A stretch of 64,000 nt of DNA, from positions 7,234-71,233 of the forward strand of contig CAVUNX010000010.1 in NCBI GenBank assembly GCA_963742945.1, given 5' to 3'. This document shows, in pieces, positions 42,156 through 52,617 of the stretch. This DNA is from an uncultured Solirubrobacterales bacterium (GTDB taxonomy: Bacteria > Actinomycetota > Thermoleophilia > Solirubrobacterales > Solirubrobacteraceae). The number at the start of each line of letters is the position of its first letter. Position 1 is the first letter of the stretch. Both the position numbers and the translations under genes were made by a program. A model generated the notes under the pieces. The model saw only the letters and a list, made by a program, of their open reading frames with translations. It was not told the DNA's origin and did no database searches.

Positions 42156-43718
42156 ATGGCCCGCTCGTTCGGTTTCCTGCTCACTCCAGAGCCCCCTCCG
42201 CGACGCGTGGGTGCGTTCGTGGCACTCGTGCTCGTGGCCTTCTGCACACTTGTGATCTACCCGCTCAAGCAGGCGGCCCCGGTGGTGTCGCTCAGCGTTT
42301 TGTACATGCTCGCCGTGGTGATCGCATCGGTGACCTGGGGCATGTGGCTCGGCATCGCCACATCGCTCTTGAGCGCGCTTGCGTTCAACTACTTCCACCT
42401 GCCGCCGGTCGGTCGCTTCATCATTCGCGACGCCGACAACTGGGTGGCGCTTGTGGCTTTTGTCGTCGTGGCCGTGCTGGCCAGCTCGGTCGCGGAGGTG
42501 ACGCGTGCGCGCTCGCGCGAGGCGGCAGAACGGCGGCGCGAGGCCGACCTCGCTGCCGAGATGGCTCGCCTGCTGCTCGGTGGAAGACGGCTCTCCGAGG
42601 ATCTGCCGACGGCCGCGGCGCGCCTCTCGCAGGTGCTGGAGTTGCCCTCCGCCGCGATCGAGCTGGAGGCGGTCGAGGGAGACGAGCGGCGGGTGGCCTT
42701 CCCGCTACGTGACGGGCCCCGCCGTCTCGGGACGCTGCTCGTCCCCTCGGATAGCTCAGAGGCGACACTGCGCCGCCTCCAGGAGCGAGTGGTGCCGGCG
42801 CTCGAGTCCTTGCTCAGGGCGGCGCTCGAGCGCGATTCCCTGCTTGCCGATGTTGTGGAGACCGCGGCGCTTCGCCGCGCCGACGTCATCAAGACGGCGC
42901 TTCTGCGAGCGGTCTCACACGACCTGCGCTCGCCGCTCACCGCGATCTCGGCTGCCGCCGATGCGGTCGGCTCGGCTTCGCTCTCGGAGGAGGAGCGCCG
43001 CGAAATGGCAACGATCATCCAGCAGGAGGCACAGCGCCTGTCACGTCTTGTGGACAACCTGCTGGACCTCTCACGCCTGGAAGCCGGTGCTGCCGAGCCG
43101 CGCGCCGTGTGGACGTCCGTCGAGGAGGTACTGCGCACGGCGCTCGCTGACCTGGCCCCTGGCGAGCAGGACTTCAGCCTCTCGATCGACCGCGACATGC
43201 CGCTCGTGAGTGTCGATCCCGTGCAGATGGAGCGGGCCTTTGTAAACGTGCTCGAGAACGCACGGCGCCACTGTGGCGGCCATCCGGTATCGGTCAGGGC
43301 ACGTGCGGTGCGCAGTCTCGCGGGTGCCCCCTCAATCGCCGGTGGGAACGAGTTGGGAGAGCCCTCAGGCGAAGCGCTCGCGGCGAGTCCCGCGTTGGTC
43401 CCGGCAGGCGACGGCCCGGCGGGTGATCGCCTCGTCGTGCGGGTGGTGGACCGGGGCCCCGGGATCCCGCCGGCCCAACTCGAGCGGGTGTTCGAGCCGT
43501 TCTACCGTGCAGGCACGCCTCAGGGAGGGCACCGTGGCTCAGGCCTCGGACTTGCGATCGCCCGTGGTTTCACCGAAGCCAACGGTGGCCGGTTGCAGGT
43601 CGAGTCGCTCCCTGGTCAGGGCGCCACATTCGTGTTCGAGCTGCCGCTGGTCGCACAGGCGCCCGTGGCGGACCGTGTGGACACCGAGCCGCCGGCGAGC
43701 CCCGAGCGCGTGAGTTGA
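42156..43718 (+). CDS. kdpD: KdpD-type sensor histidine kinase (DUF4118 TM + HisKA + HATPase), lacking the N-terminal domain
   Basis: 'SALAFNYFHLPP', 'VSHDLRSPL', 'DRGPGIP', 'GSGLGLAI'. Confidence 0.85.
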   Translation: MARSFGFLLTPEPPPRRVGAFVALVLVAFCTLVIYPLKQAAPVVSLSVLYMLAVVIASVTWGMWLGIATSLLSALAFNYFHLPPVGRFIIRDADNWVALVAFVVVAVLASSVAEVTRARSREAAERRREADLAAEMARLLLGGRRLSEDLPTAAARLSQVLELPSAAIELEAVEGDERRVAFPLRDGPRRLGTLLVPSDSSEATLRRLQERVVPALESLLRAALERDSLLADVVETAALRRADVIKTALLRAVSHDLRSPLTAISAAADAVGSASLSEEERREMATIIQQEAQRLSRLVDNLLDLSRLEAGAAEPRAVWTSVEEVLRTALADLAPGEQDFSLSIDRDMPLVSVDPVQMERAFVNVLENARRHCGGHPVSVRARAVRSLAGAPSIAGGNELGEPSGEALAASPALVPAGDGPAGDRLVVRVVDRGPGIPPAQLERVFEPFYRAGTPQGGHRGSGLGLAIARGFTEANGGRLQVESLPGQGATFVFELPLVAQAPVADRVDTEPPASPERVS

Positions 43719-44416
43719 TCGCCAACGATCAGCCGGCCGCGGCCCCGCGGATCCTCGTGGTCGATGACGAGCCACAGATTCTGCGTGCGCTACGCGTTGT
43801 GCTGCGCGACGCCGGCTTTGAGGTGGTGCCCGCGGAAACGGGAGCCGAGGCGCTGGATCGCGCGGCGGTACGTCCGCCCGCTGCGGCGATCGTCGACCTG
43901 ATGCTTCCGGATGTGGATGGCGTCGAGGTGACGCGCAGCCTGCGCGAGTGGAGCGAGATGCCGATCCTCGTGCTCTCTGCCGTGGGTGAGGAGGAGCAGA
44001 AGGTCCGCGCTCTGCAGGCCGGTGCGGACGACTACATAACAAAGCCGTTTGGCTCGCGTGAGTTGGTCGCGCGCCTGCAGGCCGCCCTGCGTCGCGGTGG
44101 GCGCTCCGAGCAGGAGCCGCGAATAGTCGTCGGAGACTTGGAGATCGACCTCGCCGCCCGGGCGGTCAGCCGCGGTGGGGAGCTCGTTCACCTGACTCCA
44201 ATCGAGTTTGACCTGCTGCGCGTGCTCGTGCGCAATCGCGGGCGGCTGATGACCCATCGCGGGCTGCTCGCCGAGGTGTGGGGGCCTCAATACGTCGAGG
44301 ACGTGCAGACCTTGCGCACCCACATCGCGCGCCTGCGGGCGAAGATCGAACCGGATGGCCAGGCCCAGCGCTGCATCGTCACCGATCCCGGGGTGGGCTA
44401 CCGTTTCTCCGCATAG
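43715..44416 (+). CDS. kdpE: KdpE-type OmpR-family response regulator
   Basis: 'LVVDDEPQI', 'GADDYITKPFG', 'LRTHIARLRAKIE', 'TDPGVGYRF'. Confidence 0.9.
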   Translation: MIANDQPAAAPRILVVDDEPQILRALRVVLRDAGFEVVPAETGAEALDRAAVRPPAAAIVDLMLPDVDGVEVTRSLREWSEMPILVLSAVGEEEQKVRALQAGADDYITKPFGSRELVARLQAALRRGGRSEQEPRIVVGDLEIDLAARAVSRGGELVHLTPIEFDLLRVLVRNRGRLMTHRGLLAEVWGPQYVEDVQTLRTHIARLRAKIEPDGQAQRCIVTDPGVGYRFSA

Positions 44417-44534
44417 CCTCTGTGGATTAACCAGAGGCGAGCTGTCCGTGGGTCGAACGAACCGCAAATCCAAAAACACAACCTGCTCGGGGGCTGAGCC
44501 CTCCTCCACCGGGCTGTGGGAGAGAATGCTCCCC

Positions 44535-45716
44535 ATGGCGCCCGACACACCCAACTCGCCGCGGCGCGGACACCTCAAGGTGTTCATAGGAATGGCGGCG
44601 GGGGTAGGCAAGACTTACCGCATGCTGCAGGACGGACGTGCGGATGCCGAGACGGGGCGCGACGTGGCGATCGGCTACCTGGAGCCGCACGGCCGCGAGG
44701 AGACGGCGGCACAGGCGCGGGGACTGGAGGAGATACCGCCGCGGATGGTCGACTACCGCGGCACGCCGCTTGCCGAGATGGACCTGCCGGCGGTTCTGGC
44801 GCGCAGGCCGGAGTTGTGCATGATCGACGAGCTCGCGCACACGAACGCCCCGGGGACCGAGCACGAGAAGCGCTACGAAGACGTGCAGGATGTGCTGGAA
44901 GCCGGGATCGACGTGTACTCGACGGTCAATGTGCAGCACCTGGAGAGTCTCAACGACCAGATCATCCAGCTCACCGGGACGCGCGTACGCGAGACGATTC
45001 CCGACGAAGTGCTCGCGGGAGCAGACGAGGTCGTGCTGATCGACCTGACCCCGGAGGCGCTGATCGAGCGCCTGCGCGCCGGCAAGGTGTACCCGCGCGA
45101 GCGTGTTCCCACGGCGCTCAACCATTTCTTCAAGATCGAGAACCTCTCGGCGCTGCGCGAGACTGCCCTGCGTCACGTCGCCGAGGGCGTCGAGATCAAG
45201 CGGCTCGCGCCGGCGCCCGTGGTGATGCGCCGCGAAGAGGGAATCGCGCCCACGGACGCCGGGGGGTCGGCGGGGAAGCAAAAAATCGCCGAGCGGCTGC
45301 TTGCCCTGGTGGCCCTGGCGCCACATTCACAGCGGATCGTGCGCCGCGCCGCGCGCTCAGCCGAACGCCTCGGGGCGCGCCTGGACGTGCTCGTGGTACG
45401 CCCGCCCGGCAGGGGCCCGAGCGCCGGAGATCGCGAGCAGCTGGAGTCGCTGCGGCGCCTCACGGCGATGCTTGGCGCTCGACTGCTGGTCGAAGAGGGG
45501 GAAGACGTGGCGGCCGTGGCGATCGAGGCGGCGAGGCGCCTGGGCAGCACCTACGTGCTGATGGGCTCCCCCTCGGCCCGTCGTCGCCTGGGACGCCTGC
45601 GTGAGCCGCTCCTGATGCGCCTGCTCGAGGGGCTGCCCGGGGTGGACGTGCGGATCGTGGCCGACCCGACCTTGCGCGAGAATGGTCGCGCGGTGTCCGA
45701 GGACACCGGCGATTGA
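44535..45716 (+). CDS. kdpD: Stand-alone KdpD N-terminal sensor domain + Usp domain
   Basis: 'GHLKVFIGMAAGVGKTY', 'DELAHTN', 'TVNVQHLESLND', C-terminal Usp-like segment. Confidence 0.9.
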   Translation: MAPDTPNSPRRGHLKVFIGMAAGVGKTYRMLQDGRADAETGRDVAIGYLEPHGREETAAQARGLEEIPPRMVDYRGTPLAEMDLPAVLARRPELCMIDELAHTNAPGTEHEKRYEDVQDVLEAGIDVYSTVNVQHLESLNDQIIQLTGTRVRETIPDEVLAGADEVVLIDLTPEALIERLRAGKVYPRERVPTALNHFFKIENLSALRETALRHVAEGVEIKRLAPAPVVMRREEGIAPTDAGGSAGKQKIAERLLALVALAPHSQRIVRRAARSAERLGARLDVLVVRPPGRGPSAGDREQLESLRRLTAMLGARLLVEEGEDVAAVAIEAARRLGSTYVLMGSPSARRRLGRLREPLLMRLLEGLPGVDVRIVADPTLRENGRAVSEDTGD

Positions 45717-45824
45717 GCGGGCCTTCGCTGCGCACAACGCCGCGAGCTCGTCCGCGACACGCTCGGGTGCCGCCGGCATTTCATCGCAGGCTTTGAGGAT
45801 CAGCCGGTAGTCCGCGAGCTGTGC

Positions 45825-46025
45825 GCCGGGTACTCCTGTTGTTTGGTGAGCTGCCAACAGAGGATGGCGATCTTTCGTGCGACTGCACGATCGCGGTCTG
45901 TGCGGCGTGAGCGGACACGCTGGTAGAACGACTCGCAGCGGGCCTGGTGTCTTGATTGCCGCCCAGGCAGCATCGACGAGCACGTGTCGTGCGGCGGAGG
46001 AGCCCCGCCCGTGCCTGGCTGGTGC
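45825..46025 (-). mobile_element. IS110-family transposase C-terminal remnant (frameshifted fragment)
   Basis: 'GSSAARHVLVDAAWAAIKTPGPLR' then 'FYQRVRSRR...AVARKIAILCWQLTKQQEY' across two frames. Sits at the GC transition. Confidence 0.8.
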
Positions 46026-46109
46026 GGTGGACTGGCGGCTGTGGGTCCAGGCCGAGGTAGCCAACGAGGCGGTGAGCGGTCGGGAAGTGGCAGCCCAGGA
46101 GCGAACACG

Positions 46110-46628
46110 ATGAGCCACCGACTACAAATAGTCCTGCCTGACCCCGTAGCTCTCCTGCTCACAGAGCTAGCAAGCAACGCGGACACGCCACCCTCCACCC
46201 TCGCCGCACAGTTCGTCCAAAACGGTGTCGCTCAAGCCGCCAAGGACGGCAAGGTCAGACCACTCAGACCGGCATCCCCACTCACAGGCCGCGCCGGCAG
46301 CGAGCGCGCACCGTGGCTTGAACCATATGGCGGCGACGATGCCTGGAGCCAGGAAATGTGGGGTGTGATCGTCGCGCTACACGGCCGCTACCCCACACAT
46401 CTACAAACCCTCAAAGACAAGTGGTGGACCGACGAATCACAAACAGAGACGCTATGCGCGCTAGCCGTATGGCGAGCCGAACTCGATGACACCGGCCAAG
46501 ATCCCCGCGAAGAGCTGGCCTTCCAAAACCAACTCGCTGACTACGCCCAAGTCCTACGCCAACAAGCCGGCAGCGTCACCAAGGCATGGAAACCCGGAGC
46601 GCCACCTGCCGAATGGGCAGGCGAGTAG
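46110..46628 (+). CDS. Hypothetical protein with RHH/CopG-like N-terminus and Trp-rich C-terminal domain
   Basis: RBS aggag. 'MSHRLQIVLPDPVALLLTELA...PPSTLA' beta-helix-helix pattern. Confidence 0.6.
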   Translation: MSHRLQIVLPDPVALLLTELASNADTPPSTLAAQFVQNGVAQAAKDGKVRPLRPASPLTGRAGSERAPWLEPYGGDDAWSQEMWGVIVALHGRYPTHLQTLKDKWWTDESQTETLCALAVWRAELDDTGQDPREELAFQNQLADYAQVLRQQAGSVTKAWKPGAPPAEWAGE

Positions 46629-46809
46629 AGGTTTCAAGCAGGCGACGAAGGCGCGCGTTGTTTCTGACTTACGGTTTGCGCTCGTAGGTTCGCGTAGGTT
46701 CATGATGTCGCGAACGCGAACGTTGCCGACAAAATGTCGCCCCAAACGTCCTGTCGGTTATGGTTCTGGCAGAACTGACTGTCTTGAAGAAAGGAATCGG
46801 AGGAGCGTG

Positions 46810-47406
46810 GTGTCTGTTGCGGCCGTGGATAAGAAATGGATGAAGGGATCGCCGCTTAAAGGCGCTTTGCTCGCGCTCCTACTGGAGCTCGACGAGCCGA
46901 CCCATCCGTGGAGGTTGGCGACGTCGCTTGAGAGGCGTTTGGGGCCGGTGTCAGGGATCGACCGCGATGCCGTTTACAAGATGCTTCCGGTGCTTGCAAG
47001 GCAAGGTCTCGTGGTTTGCACGACGCGCGAGAACGAGAGTGGCGGCTGGCAGAACCAGAAGGTGTATGGCGTGACGGAGCTTACAGAGCCTGCGTTGAGC
47101 GATTGGTTTGCTACTCCCGTCTCTGACTGGGCGACTCGTACCGAGTTGCAGGTCAAGATCGCGTTCTCGCGACCTTCTGACGCTCCTGTATTGATGCGGA
47201 TGCTCGACATGTACGAGAGACTGTGCACCGATCGGCTCTTAGAGTGCGAAGATGACGATGTTCTGATGTCTTCGTGGATGGGGGTGACGATGAACGTCGC
47301 GTGCACATGGACTGAAGAGCACCTGGAGGCTGAGTTGCGTTGGATCATGCGTACTCGCGACTCGCTACGCGACTATGCAGCTCGATACGACGTTGGGCAG
47401 CGATGA
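46810..47406 (+). CDS. PadR-family transcriptional regulator (with AphA-like C-terminal domain)
   Basis: 'ALLALL...VYKML..LARQGLV...KVYGVTE...LSDWF', 'EAELRWI'. Confidence 0.8.
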   Translation: MSVAAVDKKWMKGSPLKGALLALLLELDEPTHPWRLATSLERRLGPVSGIDRDAVYKMLPVLARQGLVVCTTRENESGGWQNQKVYGVTELTEPALSDWFATPVSDWATRTELQVKIAFSRPSDAPVLMRMLDMYERLCTDRLLECEDDDVLMSSWMGVTMNVACTWTEEHLEAELRWIMRTRDSLRDYAARYDVGQR

Positions 47407-48143
47407 GCCTCTTCGCGTTCGAGCATGTCACCAAGGGATACCCGGAAGGACGTCGGTCTCGCGCCGTTCTCGAGGATGTCTCGTTTGAAGTCGACGCGGA
47501 CGACTTTGTGGGTATCTGGGGTATGCGGCGCTCGGGCAAGTCGACGCTCCTGCGTCTCGCGGCTGGACTCGAACTGCCCGACGAGGGACGGATTCTTTTC
47601 GACGGACAAGATCTCACTGAACTATCTGGTGACGGTCGCGTTGAGTTGCTGCGCGCCGGCGGTATCGGTTTCGTCTCCTCGGACTGGCGGCCGAGCGTCA
47701 GCCAGACGGCGACCGAGTATGTTGCGATGTCGCTTCTCGCCGACTCGCTGAGTCTTCGCGAGGCTCGGCGCGAGGCCCGGCAACAGTTGGAGCGCATGGG
47801 CGCGCTGAACTGTGCCCACATACTGACCGACCGCCTTTCTCTTGGCGAGGCGCTGCGCGTGAGTTTGGCGCACGCGCTCGTGAGTGAGCCGAGATTGCTG
47901 CTGGTCGATGAGCCCGCCGTGCTGCCAAGCCCGAGCGAACGCCAGGAACTCTATGGTCTACTCACCTCGCTCGGTCGTAGCTCAACGCTAGCGGTCCTCA
48001 TAGCTTCTGAGGATGTTGCGATCCTTCGTCGTGCACGACGCATGATGACGATTGGAGGCGGAACACTACGCTCGATGGATAAGGAGGGGGAGGTAGTCTC
48101 GTTCCCACGGGGCGCGCGCACCTCTGACGGACGGTCAGGTTAA
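47403..48143 (+). CDS. ABC transporter ATP-binding protein, degenerate
   Basis: GMRRSGKS, LSLGE and VDEP present. Q-loop, D-loop and H-loop are replaced. Confidence 0.85.
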   Translation: MSLFAFEHVTKGYPEGRRSRAVLEDVSFEVDADDFVGIWGMRRSGKSTLLRLAAGLELPDEGRILFDGQDLTELSGDGRVELLRAGGIGFVSSDWRPSVSQTATEYVAMSLLADSLSLREARREARQQLERMGALNCAHILTDRLSLGEALRVSLAHALVSEPRLLLVDEPAVLPSPSERQELYGLLTSLGRSSTLAVLIASEDVAILRRARRMMTIGGGTLRSMDKEGEVVSFPRGARTSDGRSG

Positions 48144-48145
48144 TC

Positions 48146-48856
48146 GTGTGCGCGCTGGAGCTGCGCGATGTCGTTAAGCACTACGCCAGCGGTGGAGAGA
48201 TCGTGCGTGCCGTCGACGGTGTGTCTCTGAGGGTTTCGCCGGGGCAGTTCGTCGCACTGTACGGTCCAAGTGGGTCAGGCAAGACGACGCTGCTACTCCT
48301 TGCCGCCGGGCTGAGTACCCCGGACAGTGGGAGTGTGATCTTTGACGGGAGCGACCTTTCGTCTATGTCAGGCGCGCAGGGAGACAGCTTCCGGTTGCGA
48401 GATGTGGGTTTCGTCTTCCAGCAGTTTCATCTTGTGCCGGGCGCGTCCGCGCTGAGCAACACGGCGCTAAAGCTGCTCGCTGATCGGTATACGCTACGCG
48501 AGGCCAAGCGGGAGGCGCTTCCGTGGCTTGAGCGCGTCGGCCTCGGTAATCGTGTTCAGCATCCGTCCGAGCGGCTGTCGATGGGCGAGCGCCAGCGTGT
48601 GGCGATAGCGCGAGCGCTTGTCAGTGAACCTCGGCTGTTGCTGGCCGATGAGCCGACCGGCAATCTTGATTCTAAGCGCAGCTCGGAGATACTCGGCTTG
48701 TTGCGCGACGTGTGCCACGAGCGCAGGATTCCCGCCGTGATCGTCACGCACGATCCGCAAGCAATGAGGTTTGTCGATCACATACATACCCTGCGCGACG
48801 GGCGACTAACCGAGGGCCTTGATTCAGAGCTTGCTATCGCTTGGGACGCACGATGA
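48146..48856 (+). CDS. ABC transporter ATP-binding protein (LolD/MacB-like)
   Basis: GPSGSGKT, FVFQ, LSMGERQR, DEPTGNLD, VTHD. Confidence 0.93.
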   Translation: MCALELRDVVKHYASGGEIVRAVDGVSLRVSPGQFVALYGPSGSGKTTLLLLAAGLSTPDSGSVIFDGSDLSSMSGAQGDSFRLRDVGFVFQQFHLVPGASALSNTALKLLADRYTLREAKREALPWLERVGLGNRVQHPSERLSMGERQRVAIARALVSEPRLLLADEPTGNLDSKRSSEILGLLRDVCHERRIPAVIVTHDPQAMRFVDHIHTLRDGRLTEGLDSELAIAWDAR

Positions 48857-51422
48857 ACGGACCGCGTGCATTCACTCCTACGATCCTGAAAGTCAGGATC
48901 AGTACGTTGTTTACGCTCTACGCTTGGCGTCTTCGTCATCACAGCGTTCAGGAGCTGATTGCAGGCATAGGTATAGCTATTGGTGTCGCTTTGTTCTTCG
49001 GCGTGCTTGTAGCCAATACGAGTGTAACTAGCTCAGAGTCTCAACTGATTCATGCGGTCGTCGGATCTGCTCGTCTACAACTCTCCGCTCGCTCATCAGC
49101 AGGTTTCGATGAGCGCATAGCTCAGCGTATGCGCGAACTTCCGGGTGTCGAAGTGGCTGCTCCTGTGCTCAGGCTTGACGCTGCAATCATCGGGTCGAGG
49201 GGACGACGGCAGACGATCCAACTGATTGGCGTCACCCCGGCTCTAGCGGGGCTTGGTGCTCCGGCCGCGAAAGATGTCGGTGTCGCAGAACTATTGCTAT
49301 CGGGTGGTGTGGGTCTTCCGTCGTCAGTCGCGACGGCGATCGGAGTAGAGATCAACGAAAAGGTGACGGTGCTTGCAAACGGGGAAGCCCACACCGCCAC
49401 GGTTCGCGGCGTGCTTGGCAGCCAAGTGATTGGACCGGTCGCCTCGAGTCCGGTAGCAGTTGCTCTATTGGGAGAGGTTCAGCATCTAACCGACCTATCG
49501 GGGCGCGTAACCGAAGTATTTGTTAGGCCGCGTCCAGGCTCTGAATCACAGGTTGCTCGGGAGCTACGGGTGTTTGCTGCTGGTAGATTTGACGTCGGGC
49601 CTGCTGACAGAGAAATCCGACTGTTGGCCCAGGCTGCTACGCCGAGTGGCCAGTCTACGACGTTGTTTGCCGCGATAAGTGCGATCGTCGGGTTTCTGCT
49701 AGCGCTGAATGCGATGTTGCTGACAGTCCCTGAGCGCCGTCGTTTCGTTGCTGAGTTGCGCACCCAGGGATTTGGTCCGCACCAAGTTATTCTTGTCATC
49801 TCCTTTTACGCGCTAATCCTCGGAACTGTGGCTTCTACAGTCGGGATTGTGGTGGGGGCTGTCCTAGCGCGGACCGTATTAACGAAATCCCAAGCTACCT
49901 TGCCATCGCCTTCCCGATCAGCGCCCACTCAGTAATAGCTATCACTACCATCCTTGCCGCGTTTGCTTGCGGCATTCTTGCTGTTCTTGCCGCGTCGCTG
50001 CCTTCCCTTTCCGATCTCCGTCCCAACAGGCCTCTCGACGCGGTTCTGCATGAGAGCGGACAACCGGGACAGCGCATCAGCGCACGCGCAATCCTCATAT
50101 CAGGCGTCGTCGGCATGACACTAATCGCGACAGTTGCGGTCGGCACGCTACTTGCCCCGGGTCTCACGATCATAGGGGGGGTTGGACTGGCGATTGCCTC
50201 GGTCTGCATGGTGCCGGCCGTCCTGAATGCCGTTATCCGTCTGATAACTCCTGTGAGCGAGCGGATGCGTGGCAGTATGCTCGCGCTCGCCGTGGTCGAA
50301 CTGAGAGCGACCGCAACACGATCCATCGCCCTGGCGGCGGTCGCCGCTGTAGCTGTTTACGGGAGCGTCGCGATCCAAGGTACTCGCGCCGACCTCTCTA
50401 GGGGACTGCACGCAGCCATCGTCCAATTCCTCGGGACTGCGGACATCTGGGTTACGACAGGCGACAACGTCTTTACGACAGATAGCTTCCACGCCAACGG
50501 AGCACTGGCAAAGATCGCACGCGTGCCGGGGGTCGCCTCCGCTCGGATTTACCAAGGTGGACTGCTGAACGTCGGTGACCATCGACTGTGGATACGTGCA
50601 CGTCCGCCAGGCGACAGCGTCGTGCTCCAGTTAAGCCAACTCCTAGAAGGCGGCTTTGTACGCGCGAGTCGCCTTATCCGCCAGGGTGGTTGGGCAGCAA
50701 TCTCGGCTGGTTTTGCATCGGAACGTGGCCTTCATGTCGGCGATAGCTTCTCGCTCCCAACGCCGACCGGGTCAGAGCGCCTCGGCGTTGCAGCGGTCAC
50801 GACAAACACTGGCTGGCCCTCCGGTGCGCTAACCATCTCCACCGTCGACTACCAAAAGTACTGGCAGACAACGGACCCCGCCGCAATCGAGGTCAACCTC
50901 AAGCCGGGTGTCAGTCCAGCGGCCGGACGACGAGCCGTGCGTGCTGCAATCAGTCCAAGACCAGGACTATGGGTGCAGACTCGCGCACAACGCGAAGCAC
51001 AGTTCGACGCCAGCGCTCGCCAAGCGCTACGCATACTTGGTGAGATATCGACTCTGTTGCTCGTGGCGGCTGCGCTCGCTGTCGCATTTGCGTTGAGCGC
51101 TGCTATCTGGCAACGACGCGGACGGCTCGCCTCGCTGAAGACGCAGGGTTTCAACAGCCGGCAGCTCTGGCGCTCGCTACTGTTGGAGAGCGCCGTCGTA
51201 CTTGCCGTGGGATGCGCTGATGGAGCAATCCTCGGTATCTATGGTCACGCGCTAGCAGGACGCTGGCTCAAGCTGACCACAGGATTCCCGGCGCCCTTCT
51301 CCTTGGGCGAGGTAGGACTACTGCTCACAATCGCCCTGGTGGGGGCTATCGCGTTGAGCGTCATTGCGCTCCCCGGTTTTTCGGCGGCCCGGGTATCGCC
51401 AGAAGTCAGCTTTCAAGAATGA
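48853..51422 (+). CDS. Double-FtsX ABC permease (frameshift ~49885)
   Basis: 'ERRRFVAELRTQG' and 'QRRGRLASLKTQG'. The frames join at VL/NEIPSYLAIAFP. Confidence 0.85.
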
Positions 51423-51458
51423 TCTTGCTGTTGAGTTTAGCTGGCGGACGGCGCCAAC

Positions 51459-52553
51459 TTGAAGTCACAGGTTGGACATCGGGTGGACCTCGCCACCGCG
51501 TTCGTTTCAGCCGCCCGCTGCTACTGGCTTAGTGTATTTCCACGCGTACAACGCGAGCTCCGCTACTGGCGCACGCGCGCACGCGAGATCCCCGACCCCC
51601 ACCTACGCCGTCTTGCACTTGAAACCCACAACGCCAAGTGGTGCAACGTCGAGGGCGCTGCAGCATTCGCGACCCTGGCTCCAACAGCGTACCGACAGAC
51701 GACGATCAAGGCGCTAGTCACCTTTCAAGGAGTCTACGATTATGCGGATACGATTGCCGAGCAACCGCAGAACGACCCGGTCGAGAACGGTCGTCTACTT
51801 CACCAGCCACTCCTAATAGCACTCGGCAGACCAGCGAGACATCTGAACTATTACGCGCACAGTAAGTCAAGCGACGACGGTGGATATCTCAACGCTCTCA
51901 CAGACGCCTGTGGCGCAGCATTCAACGAACTGCCGTCAGGTCCACTAGTAAGAGAGGGCATAAGGCGTGCGGCTCGACGGATAGTGATTTATCAAAGCCT
52001 CAACCACAGCGGTAGCAGCTCGCACGCAGCACTAGCCCGCTGGGCCGAAAGTGAAACGTCTCCCACAAACTGGTTGCGGTGGTGGGAGACGAGTGCTGCC
52101 TGTGCCTCATCGTTGACCGCCTTGGCCCTATTCTCGGCCGCAGCAGACCCCGCGCTCACAGCCGACGACGTAGTTGCAATAGAACGGGCCTATCACCCGT
52201 GGATTGGCGCACTGCACACTCTGCTCGACAGCCTCGTGGACTGGACTGAGGATGAAATCGCTGGCCAACCAAGCCTCCTAGACCACTACGACTCGATCGC
52301 GGAACTGACCGAGCGGATGAAGATCCTCGTCCAGCGCTCCCGCGATGCGACCATGGCGTTGCCACACGCTAGGCGACACACCGTTCTGCTTGCGGGCATG
52401 GTAGGTCAATACCTTGCTGCGCCCGAGGTAGGCTCACCCAGAACAAGATACGTCGCCAATGGCTTGCTCGAGGCGATGGATGACCTGATGGGACCTACGC
52501 TACGCGTCATGCAAGTGCGACGCGGTGTACGACGGCTCCCTACTGGGTGGTGA
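51459..52553 (+). CDS. Tetraprenyl-beta-curcumene synthase family (YtpB/DUF2600) class IB terpene synthase
   Basis: 'PRVQRELRYW..RAREIPDP.LR', 'FQGVYDYAD', 'NYY...DDGGYL', 'WWE', 'LHTLLDSLVDWTED' parallel B. subtilis YtpB motifs. Confidence 0.88.
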   Translation: MKSQVGHRVDLATAFVSAARCYWLSVFPRVQRELRYWRTRAREIPDPHLRRLALETHNAKWCNVEGAAAFATLAPTAYRQTTIKALVTFQGVYDYADTIAEQPQNDPVENGRLLHQPLLIALGRPARHLNYYAHSKSSDDGGYLNALTDACGAAFNELPSGPLVREGIRRAARRIVIYQSLNHSGSSSHAALARWAESETSPTNWLRWWETSAACASSLTALALFSAAADPALTADDVVAIERAYHPWIGALHTLLDSLVDWTEDEIAGQPSLLDHYDSIAELTERMKILVQRSRDATMALPHARRHTVLLAGMVGQYLAAPEVGSPRTRYVANGLLEAMDDLMGPTLRVMQVRRGVRRLPTGW

Positions 52554-52580
52554 TAAGCACACTAGCTGTCTAAAATTGTT

Positions 52581-52617
52581 TACTGGAATTACCAGTACTA
52601 GTCGCACCAGTACTGGT
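52581..52617. promoter_or_regulatory. Overlapping palindromes, putative operator cluster
   Basis: TACTGG-N5-CCAGTA (52581-52597), ACCAGTACTAGT (52591-52602) and perfect ACCAGTACTGGT (52606-52617). Confidence 0.55.
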
